DNA from: Candidatus Saccharimonadota bacterium
GTDB taxonomy: Bacteria; Patescibacteriota; Saccharimonadia; Saccharimonadales; UBA10212
Length of the DNA: 64,000 bases
Assembly: GCA_013815775.1 (NCBI GenBank)
Contig: JACDFN010000001.1
Span: forward strand, 109,883 to 173,882
Direction of reading: 5' to 3'
Shown here piece by piece: positions 9,941-19,149 of the stretch. Below the pieces are notes generated by a model that saw nothing but the letters and a program-made list of their open reading frames with translations, made no database searches and had not been told where the DNA came from. The position numbers and the translations under genes are program-made. Numbering within the stretch: position 1 is the first letter of the stretch; each line of letters begins with the position of its first letter.

Positions 9941-10842
9941 ATATCGTTATTTTATCTAAGGGTTCGGCGAATTACACTACTAAACGACTAAAAGAAGTAG
10001 CTGTTGAGCGTGGCCACCGAGTACGAATTGTTAACTACGGTCAGTGCTATATGGCTGTTGAAAAAGGCAACCCCGTTGTTTATTACGAGGGTGAGAAGCT
10101 TAGTGATATCGATGCCATAATTCCTCGCATAGCACAGAGCTATACAAAATACGGCTCAGCGGTAGTCAGACAGTTTGAAATGCAAGGTGTTTACACTACT
10201 GCAAGCTCAATTGCCATTGTTAGGTCCCGGGACAAGCTTCGTGCTTATCAGCTTATGGCTAAAGCCGGTGTGGGAGTCCCAAAGACAGTTTTTGCCCTTG
10301 AGACGGCTAATTTCGAGGACGTTTTAGATCTTGTTGGCGGCGCTCCTGCAATCATCAAAGTTGCCAGAGGGACTCATGGAAATGGAGTCGTACTGGCCGA
10401 AACACGCAAAGCAGCAAAAGCAGTTATGCAAGCATTTTATGTAGAGGGCGTGAGCTTCTTAGTGCAGGAATATGTCGAAGAATCTGCCGGAACCGATATA
10501 AGGGCATTGGTGGTGGGGGGCCGGGTTGTTGCTAGCATTAAAAGGCAAAGCTTGGACGATGACTTTCGGTCTAATACGCACCAAGGCGGAATAGGCAAAG
10601 CAGTTAAATTAACCGAGGAAGAAGAGAAAACAGCTATTAAAGCAGCAAAGGCCATGGGCCTTCCTATTTGTGGTGTCGACATGATGCGTTCCAATCGTGG
10701 GCCGCTTGTCTTAGAAATTAATTCTTCGGCTAGTATAAAAACGCCTGAGTTAGTGACAAAGCGCGACGTGGCCGAAAAAATTATTGAGTATGTAGAGCAT
10801 AACGCCACACAAAGGCCCCGCAAAGATAAAGTGGGCGCTTAA
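9937..10842 (+). CDS. rimK: RimK family alpha-L-glutamate ligase
   Basis: ATP-grasp motifs: IIPRI, RDKL, GTHGNGV, FRSN.H.GG, GVD, LEINSS. Confidence 0.93.
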   Translation: MNIVILSKGSANYTTKRLKEVAVERGHRVRIVNYGQCYMAVEKGNPVVYYEGEKLSDIDAIIPRIAQSYTKYGSAVVRQFEMQGVYTTASSIAIVRSRDKLRAYQLMAKAGVGVPKTVFALETANFEDVLDLVGGAPAIIKVARGTHGNGVVLAETRKAAKAVMQAFYVEGVSFLVQEYVEESAGTDIRALVVGGRVVASIKRQSLDDDFRSNTHQGGIGKAVKLTEEEEKTAIKAAKAMGLPICGVDMMRSNRGPLVLEINSSASIKTPELVTKRDVAEKIIEYVEHNATQRPRKDKVGA

Positions 10843-10932
10843 ATAAGTTAAGCTAAGACGAGCCTGCTTAATCCCCGACAAAACACTATTGGAATGCTTT
10901 TTATTGTAGTTCTCTAGTAGAATTAAGATAGA

Positions 10933-11391
10933 GTGAAATATCTGCGGTTCGTTATTATTGGCTTAGTGTTGACTCTTCCTATTGTTACCATCTATTTATC
11001 TGGATCAAAGTATTTTTCGTGTCAAGTATTTTACAGACCTGACGTTACTATCCAGACACCTGTGCGACCAATAACGGCTGAAGCTGCTCGGAGCCCAGCC
11101 GAGCACGAAAAAGGGCTGAGTGGCCGTGAGTGCATAGGCCGCAACAAGGCAATGTTATTTTTTCACCAAGAGCCTGGTCAGTTTGCTTACTGGATGAAAG
11201 ACATGAAGTTTTCGATTGATATTCTTTGGATTGGTGCTGATAAAAAGGTAGTCAAGCTAAAAACTCATGTCTCTCCGGATACATTTCCCAACAAATTCAC
11301 CAATGATGAGCCCGCAATGTATGTGCTTGAGCTTGGTGCTGGCGAGGCCGCAAGGCTAGGCCTTACTAAGGGCACGCAGATAAATTTTTAA
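10933..11391 (+). CDS. DUF192 family protein
   Basis: GLSGR, MLF, WMKDMKFSIDILW, YVLEL.AG. Confidence 0.9.
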   Translation: MKYLRFVIIGLVLTLPIVTIYLSGSKYFSCQVFYRPDVTIQTPVRPITAEAARSPAEHEKGLSGRECIGRNKAMLFFHQEPGQFAYWMKDMKFSIDILWIGADKKVVKLKTHVSPDTFPNKFTNDEPAMYVLELGAGEAARLGLTKGTQINF

Positions 11392-11417
11392 TATATAGCT
11401 CATGCTAAAATTAGCTA

Positions 11418-11894
11418 ATGACTGACTTTATTCTCGGAGTTCTAATACTTGCTCCACTAGCACTTACCTTTTTTTTAAAGAGCAATGCCGGGCTTGGTTT
11501 TATGGCTCTTTGCACGGGGTTTGTGCTGAGCACTTCTGTTGTTGGGGATTTAAAACAACTACTTAACCAGATGGATTTGACTGTTACGGAGTCTAGTCTT
11601 GCAATAACTATTATCGTCTTGCCCTTTCTTCTAACATTGCTTCTAGTGCGCAGCTCATCTAAAAAGGGTATTTTTTTCATTCTACAACTAACCGCCGCCA
11701 TTTGCGCCGGGGGTCTACTGGCTCTTTCAATAAGCCCGCTAATTCCAGCATCATTAGAGTTTAATTTAAAATCTTCTAGTGTCTGGGACGTGCTCCAAGG
11801 TGCCCAAGCCGCTGTAATAGGGCTTGGTGCTCTATTTAGCTTCCTGGTGATTTGGCTGGGCGGATTCCAGCATAATCGCAAAAAAAAGCACTAA
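11418..11894 (+). CDS. Hypothetical membrane protein
   Basis: About five hydrophobic segments; TGcTAAAAT 6 nt before the ATG. Confidence 0.75.
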   Translation: MTDFILGVLILAPLALTFFLKSNAGLGFMALCTGFVLSTSVVGDLKQLLNQMDLTVTESSLAITIIVLPFLLTLLLVRSSSKKGIFFILQLTAAICAGGLLALSISPLIPASLEFNLKSSSVWDVLQGAQAAVIGLGALFSFLVIWLGGFQHNRKKKH

Positions 11895-11955
11895 TAATTA
11901 ATTAATATTTAAACACTTAGATGCTGCGTATAGCGGATTTAGTATTAATAAGCAT

Positions 11956-12041
11956 GGGCTTGGAAGAGCAGTGCCGGTTCGACAAAGTCGAGTCCCGATT
12001 AATTCGGGAAAGCACCATAAGATACCCTGGAAGAGTGTCTC
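11956..12041 (+). ncRNA. Candidate structured RNA motif, copy E3 (stand-alone, divergent)
   Basis: AGCAG-led three-way junction GTGC-CGG-[TTCGAC aaa GTCGAG][TCCCGA ttaat TCGGGA]-AA-GCAC, same architecture as E1 and E2. Confidence 0.5.
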
Positions 12042-12056
12042 ATAATGCGTGGCCGT

Positions 12057-12647
12057 TTATCGGCTCTGCATAGCATCTAGCAGAACGGCCATTACCATCC
12101 AGGCTCGCTCATCAAGAACATCTATCGCCCCTTCGTCTAAGTGAAGGGCGTAATGATCCCGAATGGTTGTAATCTTTGTGTACTCTCCTACAATCTTATC
12201 GCCGGACTTTACAGAAAAATGGAATTTAAGAGGGAAGGGCATAATCTCAGAGATAAAAGGAATAAATTCCCAGGCTCTCCTGGCGATTGCTATAGCAGGG
12301 CTTTTCTCGCTGATTGTAAACACAGTAGCTTTCATTTGTTTATCGTAGATAGTCCACGAACTTACCAGCAATGACTTTTTAAACTCCTTTTTTAATACTG
12401 CCAGTGGTTTCTGGTTATCATCAAATACATCAAAAGTCGGGCTAAGGTCCATTATTGAGCGAGCTTTAGATGCCACGAGAACTTGAGTCTGGGTTTCATC
12501 TCTAAAAATAGTGAACTGCTCTCGAAGAGCCAATCTTTTTTGCTTAGCGTAGCCGCAAACTTTTTGTTCTAAATCCTCATCCTTTAAAATCACATATTCA
12601 TTAGCGAGCATGGTGATTTTTTGGTGTACTTCAAATAGCTTCGTCAT
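12057..12647 (-). CDS. LURP-one/scramblase-like (tubby C-terminal-like) protein
   Basis: QK......Y, KQKRLALREQFTIF, RDHY.L. Start moved to ATG 12647. Confidence 0.7.
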   Translation of the reverse strand: MTKLFEVHQKITMLANEYVILKDEDLEQKVCGYAKQKRLALREQFTIFRDETQTQVLVASKARSIMDLSPTFDVFDDNQKPLAVLKKEFKKSLLVSSWTIYDKQMKATVFTISEKSPAIAIARRAWEFIPFISEIMPFPLKFHFSVKSGDKIVGEYTKITTIRDHYALHLDEGAIDVLDERAWMVMAVLLDAMQSR

Positions 12648-12684
12648 GTCCTCTAGTGTAACACCGCCAAAAAAGCGCCAAGTG

Positions 12685-13173
12685 TTATTTTCGCTTTTGT
12701 TTTCTGGGTTTGTCTGGTCGAATAAAGCGGTGATATCCAAGGTACAGGGCCACGGCTAACCCAACCGTAACCACACCAAAGGTGTATTTACTATCTTCCG
12801 AGGCAAAACTTTTCCCTATGCTATAAATCAATGTAAATAAACCACCAAGCATTATGCCGTCCGCTATAATTTTTATCTTTTTTTCAAATATCAAACTTAC
12901 AGCCAGCAAAAGTACTGCAGCCGCAAGAGTAATAATTGATACGTTCCTGCTGTAGGGCTTCATTGCTTTTGAGTGCTGCTCAATCTCTTTGTTGAATTGT
13001 TTTTGTTTTGCTTCTTCCTCCGTACTTGGTTTTTCGGCGTAGCTATAGCCATTTTGCCATTCGGGCGCCTTAGGCGCTTCATAAAATGTGCTAATGCCAA
13101 CTCCAACAAAAATAGCTATTAGAAAACCCAGAAAAAACGTGTAGATAACTTTTAGTATTTTATTATCTTCCAT
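12685..13173 (-). CDS. Hypothetical membrane protein
   Basis: Four TM segments. Confidence 0.75.
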   Translation of the reverse strand: MEDNKILKVIYTFFLGFLIAIFVGVGISTFYEAPKAPEWQNGYSYAEKPSTEEEAKQKQFNKEIEQHSKAMKPYSRNVSIITLAAAVLLLAVSLIFEKKIKIIADGIMLGGLFTLIYSIGKSFASEDSKYTFGVVTVGLAVALYLGYHRFIRPDKPRKQKRK

Positions 13174-13314
13174 CTTAGCTATTAAGTGTATGCCTGGTGG
13201 CTTAGTGATTCAATAGGAATAAAGTCTGAAGGTGTTGCGGTTTTACTAGACCCGGATTCACTTGTGGTATAAACCCCTGTTTTGGTATTATTAGTAAGCT
13301 CCACAAAAACAAAA

Positions 13315-15129
13315 ATGAACTATAAAAAATTTGCTCCTCGGTTTTTTCTATTCCTATTTACCGGTTGCCTTGCTACTGGTGTAGTTTTTCTTGGATTCTA
13401 TGAAAACCCAGCCTTAGCTCCTAAAGAACCCACCCATGCAGTAGTCAACAATGGCCCTATAAGCCTTAGCAATGAAAACTCTGACGATAAGGATAGAGCT
13501 CAATCAGGCTCAAGCCAACTCATAAATACGCCAATTTATAATTCAACCCCCCAGCTACCTTTTTCTGACTTTTCTGCTCCCCAGCGGCCTAAAACAACTG
13601 TTATTAATAATCAAGAGCAGCCTGTAAGAATCTACACCCCACAACTAGTGCCCAATGATCCGTTGGCCTCTCAGTGGTGGGAAAGCAACAGTCGCCTTCG
13701 TGAAGCTTGGGACATTCCTCCGGGCAACAACCCAACTCTCCTGGCCATAATTGATACAGGATTTGGCCTTAACCACGAAGAATTCAATAATCGTTGGTAT
13801 TCCAATTCAGGCGAATCTGGCAGTACGGTTGCCCAGCAGCCATCCACCCTAAATTGTACCGACCGGGGGCTAGCTGTTAGTGCCAGCTGCAATTTAATTG
13901 ACGACAATGGGGACGCGGTTGTTGACAATGAGACGGGGGCTGCAAACTACCAAAATCCTTCCCGCTTAAACTGCACAGACCAGTCAAAACCCATAACCCG
14001 GGACTGCAACCGGGTGGACGATGACGGCAACGGCTATATTGACGACTATCGGGGCTGGGATTTTATTAACTTCGATAACTCAGCCCAAGCAGGAGAGTTA
14101 AATCCAGGTGGCACGGGAATTTGGCACGGCACTGCGGTTGCCGGAGTAGCGGCTGCGACGGGAAATAATTCTAAGGGCATAGCAGGAGCAGACTGGAACA
14201 CTAAAATTTTACCTATTCAAGCGCTTGATGATGATTCATACGGTGATACGTTAAGTGTTGGAAGGGCAATTCTATATGCCGCCGCCCAAGGGGCGGATGT
14301 AATAAGCCTTAGCCTTGGCAGTGATTTACCAGATGATTATGTAAGGCAAGCCGTAGAGACTGCAACAGCATCGGGCAGTGTGGTTGTGGCAGCTAGCGGT
14401 AACGGGGGTTGTGGGTGTATGGTCTATCCTGCTAACTATCCCGAAGTTGTTGCCGTAGGAGCGTTGGGTACGGATAATCAACCGGCTAGTTTTAGCTCGT
14501 GGGGTTCAAATTTAGACATTTTAGCTCCCGGGACTCAGTTTACCGCGCCCAGCTGGTCGGCTGCACAGCCCACTAATGCTTATGTTTCCGGTATCAACGG
14601 TACCTCCTTTGCTACTCCATTAATAAGCGGCGTACTTACACGCTTAGCCGGGCGTCAGCCAACTGCTACGCCATTGCAGCTAATAGCAGCTCTAACAGAA
14701 AATGTTAATCGACTAGGACTACCCGTTACCACCCCTCATGATTCCAAGCTTGGTTACGGTAAACTAGACAGCTTTAAAGCTTTGCAAAGAATGGTATCTG
14801 CTCAAAGCTCAAGCCAATCCTACGGCTTTAACCCAGTTAGCAAGGGTGATTTTTATCGTTTTTCAAGAAGTGAGGTAGTTAATTCACAAGTTGTTCAGGC
14901 CTGCGAAAACGGAGCAGTTGGGACTACGCCGCTTTATGAATTCTATAAAGCCGGTTCAACTTTTTTCAGCATCAGCAAAATTGAGCTTAGAAAAGCACAG
15001 AATGCCGGCTATGCAACAGGCACAACCATGGGTTCGGCCTGTCTTCAGCAGCCCCATGATACACCCGGTAGTGTAAGGGCAATAAATCTTTTTAAAGAAT
15101 TTCGCAATTTAGACAAAGCTGTTCAGTAA
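13315..15129 (+). CDS. Membrane-anchored S8 subtilisin-family serine peptidase
   Basis: Catalytic triad IIDTG / HGTAVAG / GTSFATP, oxyanion AASGN, N-terminal TM. Confidence 0.93.
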   Translation: MNYKKFAPRFFLFLFTGCLATGVVFLGFYENPALAPKEPTHAVVNNGPISLSNENSDDKDRAQSGSSQLINTPIYNSTPQLPFSDFSAPQRPKTTVINNQEQPVRIYTPQLVPNDPLASQWWESNSRLREAWDIPPGNNPTLLAIIDTGFGLNHEEFNNRWYSNSGESGSTVAQQPSTLNCTDRGLAVSASCNLIDDNGDAVVDNETGAANYQNPSRLNCTDQSKPITRDCNRVDDDGNGYIDDYRGWDFINFDNSAQAGELNPGGTGIWHGTAVAGVAAATGNNSKGIAGADWNTKILPIQALDDDSYGDTLSVGRAILYAAAQGADVISLSLGSDLPDDYVRQAVETATASGSVVVAASGNGGCGCMVYPANYPEVVAVGALGTDNQPASFSSWGSNLDILAPGTQFTAPSWSAAQPTNAYVSGINGTSFATPLISGVLTRLAGRQPTATPLQLIAALTENVNRLGLPVTTPHDSKLGYGKLDSFKALQRMVSAQSSSQSYGFNPVSKGDFYRFSRSEVVNSQVVQACENGAVGTTPLYEFYKAGSTFFSISKIELRKAQNAGYATGTTMGSACLQQPHDTPGSVRAINLFKEFRNLDKAVQ

Positions 15130-15262
15130 AGCATGTTCATATAAAAATCAAAACAAGCGATGTAAGCAGCCTTTGCTAAGCAATCAGCTTAATCCTAATC
15201 ACCCATAAACAGCAATAAATACGGGCGTATTGTCGTGCAAAATTGTTCCGATAGTTGAAACT

Positions 15263-15339
15263 TGGAGGGCCCAGTGGGATTCGAACCCACGACACGTGGC
15301 TTAAAAGGCCACTGCTCTAACCGACTGAGCTATGGGCCC
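15263..15339 (-). tRNA. tRNA-Lys(UUU)
   Basis: GGGCCCA..TGGGCCC T CCA; anticodon arm GTGGC CTTTTAA GCCAC. Confidence 0.96.
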
Positions 15340-15531
15340 TCGTCAAAGCGAACGCTTCTACGCTTCGCTTTGGTAATTTTACCAAAGCTTAGCCTTAAGC
15401 TACGCTTTTCCTCTCAGTTTTCCAAGCAGTCGAGTCGGCAAAGCCGCTCCTTGGCTTGAAAAACTGGTTTAGAAAAATTAACCGGTAAGCGCAAAAATCT
15501 GGATGTCCTAGCAATGAAATTAACTTCTTAG

Positions 15532-15559
15532 ATTATGCTTATTTAAAGGGAAAAGTCAA
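15532..15559 (-). promoter_or_regulatory. Sigma70 promoter for tRNA-Lys with a long structured leader
   Basis: TTGACT...CATAAT on the minus strand. Confidence 0.5.
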
Positions 15560-15606
15560 CCGCTAGCAATTAATCTTTTGACAACTTTATGCCATGATAA
15601 TTTCAA

Positions 15607-17040
15607 ATGAGGCGAGGTTTTCGGCGGACAACGCTAATAATTACATTTTGCATTGCTGTTTTGACTGGAATTGGTTTGTCGCGGAAAGTGAGTCTAGATA
15701 CCGGACTTTGGCTAATAGTTTTATTGCCAAGCGTTATTTTACTAAAACGTAAAAACACCACTGCCTTAATTTTGGCGATTATTTTGGGTTTAGCACTTGG
15801 TCTGTGGAGAGGGTCTATCTATATGCAGAAGCTCCAGGACATAAAGTTGCTGAGCGGTCAGAAAGTAGTCATCGAAGCCACAGCTCTGGCAGACTCAGTA
15901 TATGGTTATAGATATCAGATGGAATTTAATGCAGCCAGCGTTACGCTACTGGAGCCAAACCAAAAGTCACTTGCCGGCAGCATCAAGGTCAGTGGGTTCG
16001 GTGCACCTATGGTTTACAGGGGAGACAGGGTAAAGGTAGAGGGCAAGCTTTATCCTATGCGCGGCTCTAACCAAGCCCGAATAGCCTACGCTAAGCTAAC
16101 ACGGGTTGGGGCGGATAGCAGCTGGATTAACTCGTTAACCAGAAAATTTGGCGCTGGCGTACGTAATGCCTTGCCAGAGCCTGCTTCATCCCTGGGTTTG
16201 GGAATACTTATTGGGCAGAGAAATGGCCTGCCCAAAGAAATTACGGAACAACTCACCATTGTGGGGCTGGTGCATATTGTAGCTGTTTCGGGTTATAACG
16301 TGACTATCTTATCCCGTGCAGTAGCTCGGTTAAGACTTGGGTCTAAATATCAAAGACTAATGTTGTCGCTGTTTTTAATTAGCCTATTCGTTTTAGTAAC
16401 CGGCTTTAGCGCTTCGATTGTCCGGGCGGCGATAGTAGCAGGGCTGAGTCTGATTGCTTGGTATTTTGGTCGAAGAATTAGCGGGGTTACCCTAATTGCC
16501 TTTACTGCGGCCCTGACAGGTTTGGTTAAACCCTTTTACGTTTGGAGCGATTTGGGCTGGTATTTATCCTTTTTGGCGTTCTTCGGGGTGCTGGTCGTAG
16601 CGCCCCTGCTGGCTAGCCGTTTATTTAGTAGGCCGCCGAGGGTACTGGCGATGATTTTAATAGAAACCCTTTGCGCAGAGATTATGACCTTGCCGCTTAT
16701 TATAATGACCTTCACCCAGGTTTCACTTATTGGTCTGCTGGCTAATCTTCTAGTCGTACCATTGGTGCCGATTGCTATGCTGCTTTCTGCAGTGGCCGGA
16801 CTAGCTGGGGCGGCGATACCGGAATACGCCGGGTGGTTTGCTTGGCCTGCCAATCTGCTGCTGACATACATGCTCGACTTAGTAAGACTCTTAGCCGAGG
16901 TGCCCTTCGCATCCCTTAGAACCACCATTAGTCCGGCGCCAATGATTGGTCTGTACGGAGCAGTCCTTCTTTTAGTAATAATTCTTCAGCGTCGACTGCT
17001 CAAGTCAAAACATGATGTAAAAAACTGGCTTGGGGTATGA
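15607..17040 (+). CDS. comEC: Competence protein ComEC (no C-terminal beta-lactamase domain)
   Basis: GLVHIVAVSGYN, SASIVRAA, DLGWYLSF. Confidence 0.93.
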   Translation: MRRGFRRTTLIITFCIAVLTGIGLSRKVSLDTGLWLIVLLPSVILLKRKNTTALILAIILGLALGLWRGSIYMQKLQDIKLLSGQKVVIEATALADSVYGYRYQMEFNAASVTLLEPNQKSLAGSIKVSGFGAPMVYRGDRVKVEGKLYPMRGSNQARIAYAKLTRVGADSSWINSLTRKFGAGVRNALPEPASSLGLGILIGQRNGLPKEITEQLTIVGLVHIVAVSGYNVTILSRAVARLRLGSKYQRLMLSLFLISLFVLVTGFSASIVRAAIVAGLSLIAWYFGRRISGVTLIAFTAALTGLVKPFYVWSDLGWYLSFLAFFGVLVVAPLLASRLFSRPPRVLAMILIETLCAEIMTLPLIIMTFTQVSLIGLLANLLVVPLVPIAMLLSAVAGLAGAAIPEYAGWFAWPANLLLTYMLDLVRLLAEVPFASLRTTISPAPMIGLYGAVLLLVIILQRRLLKSKHDVKNWLGV

Positions 17041-17101
17041 GAAACCCCCGAAGCTCGCAAAGAGCCGCGGGGGAATGCATTCCCGTGTCGTAACCCAGCC
17101 T

Positions 17102-17599
17102 TCAAGCAACCACTCGGTAGCAGATGTCTTTCGACATCGACCAGGCCGGCGGTCCCTTTAGAAGGGCCGGGGATGCGTACACCGTGAGGCACCACATGCC
17201 AGCGCCTTTTGCGTCTGGCGGGACCTGCACAATGACGTTGAAGGTCAGCTTCTTGAACAAGCCCTTGCCAAGCGGTCCGGCTGCCCAGATGCTCAGGTCC
17301 CGCACAGGGTTAGTGAGCGGTTTGCTGGGGTTCATCGGCGGGTTGTTGACAGGAAAGCCGACTTCAAGCTTTTCAAGCTTGGTTGGGCCGATGTTGCGGA
17401 CAACGACTGTGATGGGCACGATAGTGCCCACCTTGAGGCTGCCGATCTTGGCAGTGCTTGTGACTTTGAGGTCAAGCGGAAAGCCAGAACTTGTGGTTGA
17501 AGTGGCTGCTTTCGCAGAGCCGTTGTATGCGAACGCCGCGTACAAGATCAACCCAAGAAGGACAACAACCAGCAATTTTCCGTACAATTTGCCTGGCAC
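17102..17599 (-). CDS. GC-rich secreted or anchored hypothetical protein (Ig/DUF11-like)
   Basis: AAGGAG RBS before GTG, N-terminal hydrophobic segment, 'ITVVVRNIGP'. Confidence 0.7.
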   Translation of the reverse strand: MPGKLYGKLLVVVLLGLILYAAFAYNGSAKAATSTTSSGFPLDLKVTSTAKIGSLKVGTIVPITVVVRNIGPTKLEKLEVGFPVNNPPMNPSKPLTNPVRDLSIWAAGPLGKGLFKKLTFNVIVQVPPDAKGAGMWCLTVYASPALLKGPPAWSMSKDICYRVVA

Positions 17600-17807
17600 G
17601 GCACTCCTTTGGAGTTAGGTTTTGACACGAGTTGTGAGATGCGCCCCGCATGGGGTATAACACCTCACCAGGGTATCTATAATTATATCATAAACATAAT
17701 AAAAAAGCAATATCTATTTATCTCTTTCTTGCTGTATTTTTCTAAGGAGTATAACATCTCAAAAACTAGATTTAACACCTTAAAGATGCTAAAGTAACAC
17801 TATTAAT

Positions 17808-17978
17808 CCACAGCTTCTCACTTGGATGTGCTGCTAGGCGCGGCCGAGGAACGGAGCAAAGCGTATGGAGGTATACGTTGAGTGAGTACCGCAGGCCAGT
17901 AACAACGCAGCACGCCAAGAGCATTGGCGGCATGTTGAGCTTTGCTCAACAACATGTCAATGCGGTGAGGAGGTGTGG
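17808..17978 (-). mobile_element. MITE/RPE-like palindromic element, copy R2
   Basis: Terminal inverted repeats CCACAGCTTCTCAC / GTGAGGAGGTGTGG (12/14), internal hairpins, similarity to R1 and R3. Confidence 0.6.
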
Positions 17979-18703
17979 TGTCGGGACATAGTAAATGGGC
18001 AACCATCAAACGCCAAAAAGGCGCCAACGACGCAAAACGCGGTGCTTTATTCACTAAGCTCGGCAACCAGCTAGCCGTAGCTGCTCGGGGCGGAACAGAC
18101 CCATCTACTAATTCCACATTGGCTATGGCTATAGAAAAAGCCAAGGCTGCCAACATGCCCACCGCCAACATTGACCGTTCTATACAGCGGGCTGCCGACA
18201 AAAACGCCGCTCAACTAGAGGAAGTAATGTACGAGGGCTATGGACCCGGTGGTGTGGCTATTATTGTGGAATGTGCAACCGATAATAAAAACCGAACCTA
18301 TCCAGAAGTGCGTTTGGCATTTACTAAAAACGGCGGCAACATGGCCGAGCCTGGCAGTGTGGCTTTTTTGTTCAACAGAAAAGGCGTCATACTCCTGAAA
18401 GGTGGGGGAGAGGATTTACTACTAGAAGTATTGGACGCCGGAGCTGAAGATGCACTTGAAGAAGACGGCGAAATGGTAATTTATACAGCTCCTAACCAAC
18501 TAGCGAAAGTAAGGGCCGCCCTGCAAGAAGCCGGCACTCAAGTTACCGATGCCGAGTTAACGTTCGTTCCTGGTAGTACTCTAGAAATTGCCGACCGCGA
18601 AACGGCTAGGAAAATAGTGAACCTCATGAATGCTCTTGAGGATTTGGACGACGTAACCGGCACTCACACCAATTTCGAAATCTCAGCCGGCGTAGAAATT
18701 TAA
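17978..18703 (+). CDS. yebC: YebC/PmpR family protein
   Basis: MSGHSKWATIKRQK, YEGYGPGGVA, TDNKNRT. The start may be GTG 17975 or 17978. Confidence 0.96.
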   Translation: MSGHSKWATIKRQKGANDAKRGALFTKLGNQLAVAARGGTDPSTNSTLAMAIEKAKAANMPTANIDRSIQRAADKNAAQLEEVMYEGYGPGGVAIIVECATDNKNRTYPEVRLAFTKNGGNMAEPGSVAFLFNRKGVILLKGGGEDLLLEVLDAGAEDALEEDGEMVIYTAPNQLAKVRAALQEAGTQVTDAELTFVPGSTLEIADRETARKIVNLMNALEDLDDVTGTHTNFEISAGVEI

Positions 18704-18714
18704 TTATTTTAATT

Positions 18715-19149
18715 ATGGTACCAGCAGAAAGAGCACCAGCCCACCCGGAAATTTTGCCCAGGCGGTTTAACCGCCAACAATTGCTCTCCAGTTTGACTGG
18801 AAGGGCGACAGAATTGAGACAAAACCTGGTTTTTAATAGGCCGGACCTCATTCCATATGCCGGGATTTTATCTTTGGCAACTGAGTTATCAAGTTTTGAC
18901 GACATAGGGCCAGCCGAGCATCGGCATTTAAGGAGAATGGCATCACTCGAAGCCCGGCGACTACCAAGAACTTCTAAGAACGCGGGTGACACCCGATTTT
19001 GGGAGACGGTCCAAGCAAGCGCCGGCACGGAATGGACAAAAGCCCAGGCTTTCGCAAAGGACTTAAACGATATACCCAAGTCTTGGCATCCCGCCCGAGA
19101 CGATTTACTGCTGTTGGGCCAATATCTGGATAGTAAGGCAAAGAACTGA
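18715..19149 (+). CDS. Hypothetical protein
   Basis: ORF fills the operon gap and its stop overlaps the next ATG (TGATG). Confidence 0.65.
   Translation: MVPAERAPAHPEILPRRFNRQQLLSSLTGRATELRQNLVFNRPDLIPYAGILSLATELSSFDDIGPAEHRHLRRMASLEARRLPRTSKNAGDTRFWETVQASAGTEWTKAQAFAKDLNDIPKSWHPARDDLLLLGQYLDSKAKN

Noticed and set aside
11956..12055. E3 as a tRNA, twister ribozyme, SRP RNA or RNase P RNA
   Set aside because: CTCATAA has no paired stem, there is no CCA end, and the diagnostic motifs of these RNAs are absent on both strands.
15262..15459. ORFs 15262-15459 and 53321-53527, and the N-terminal extensions of ORFs at 24125 and 54749
   Set aside because: They are translations of tRNA sequence.
17668..17678. 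AGATACCCTGG (minus strand) shared with E3
   Set aside because: An isolated 11-mer match is expected by chance in 64 kb.
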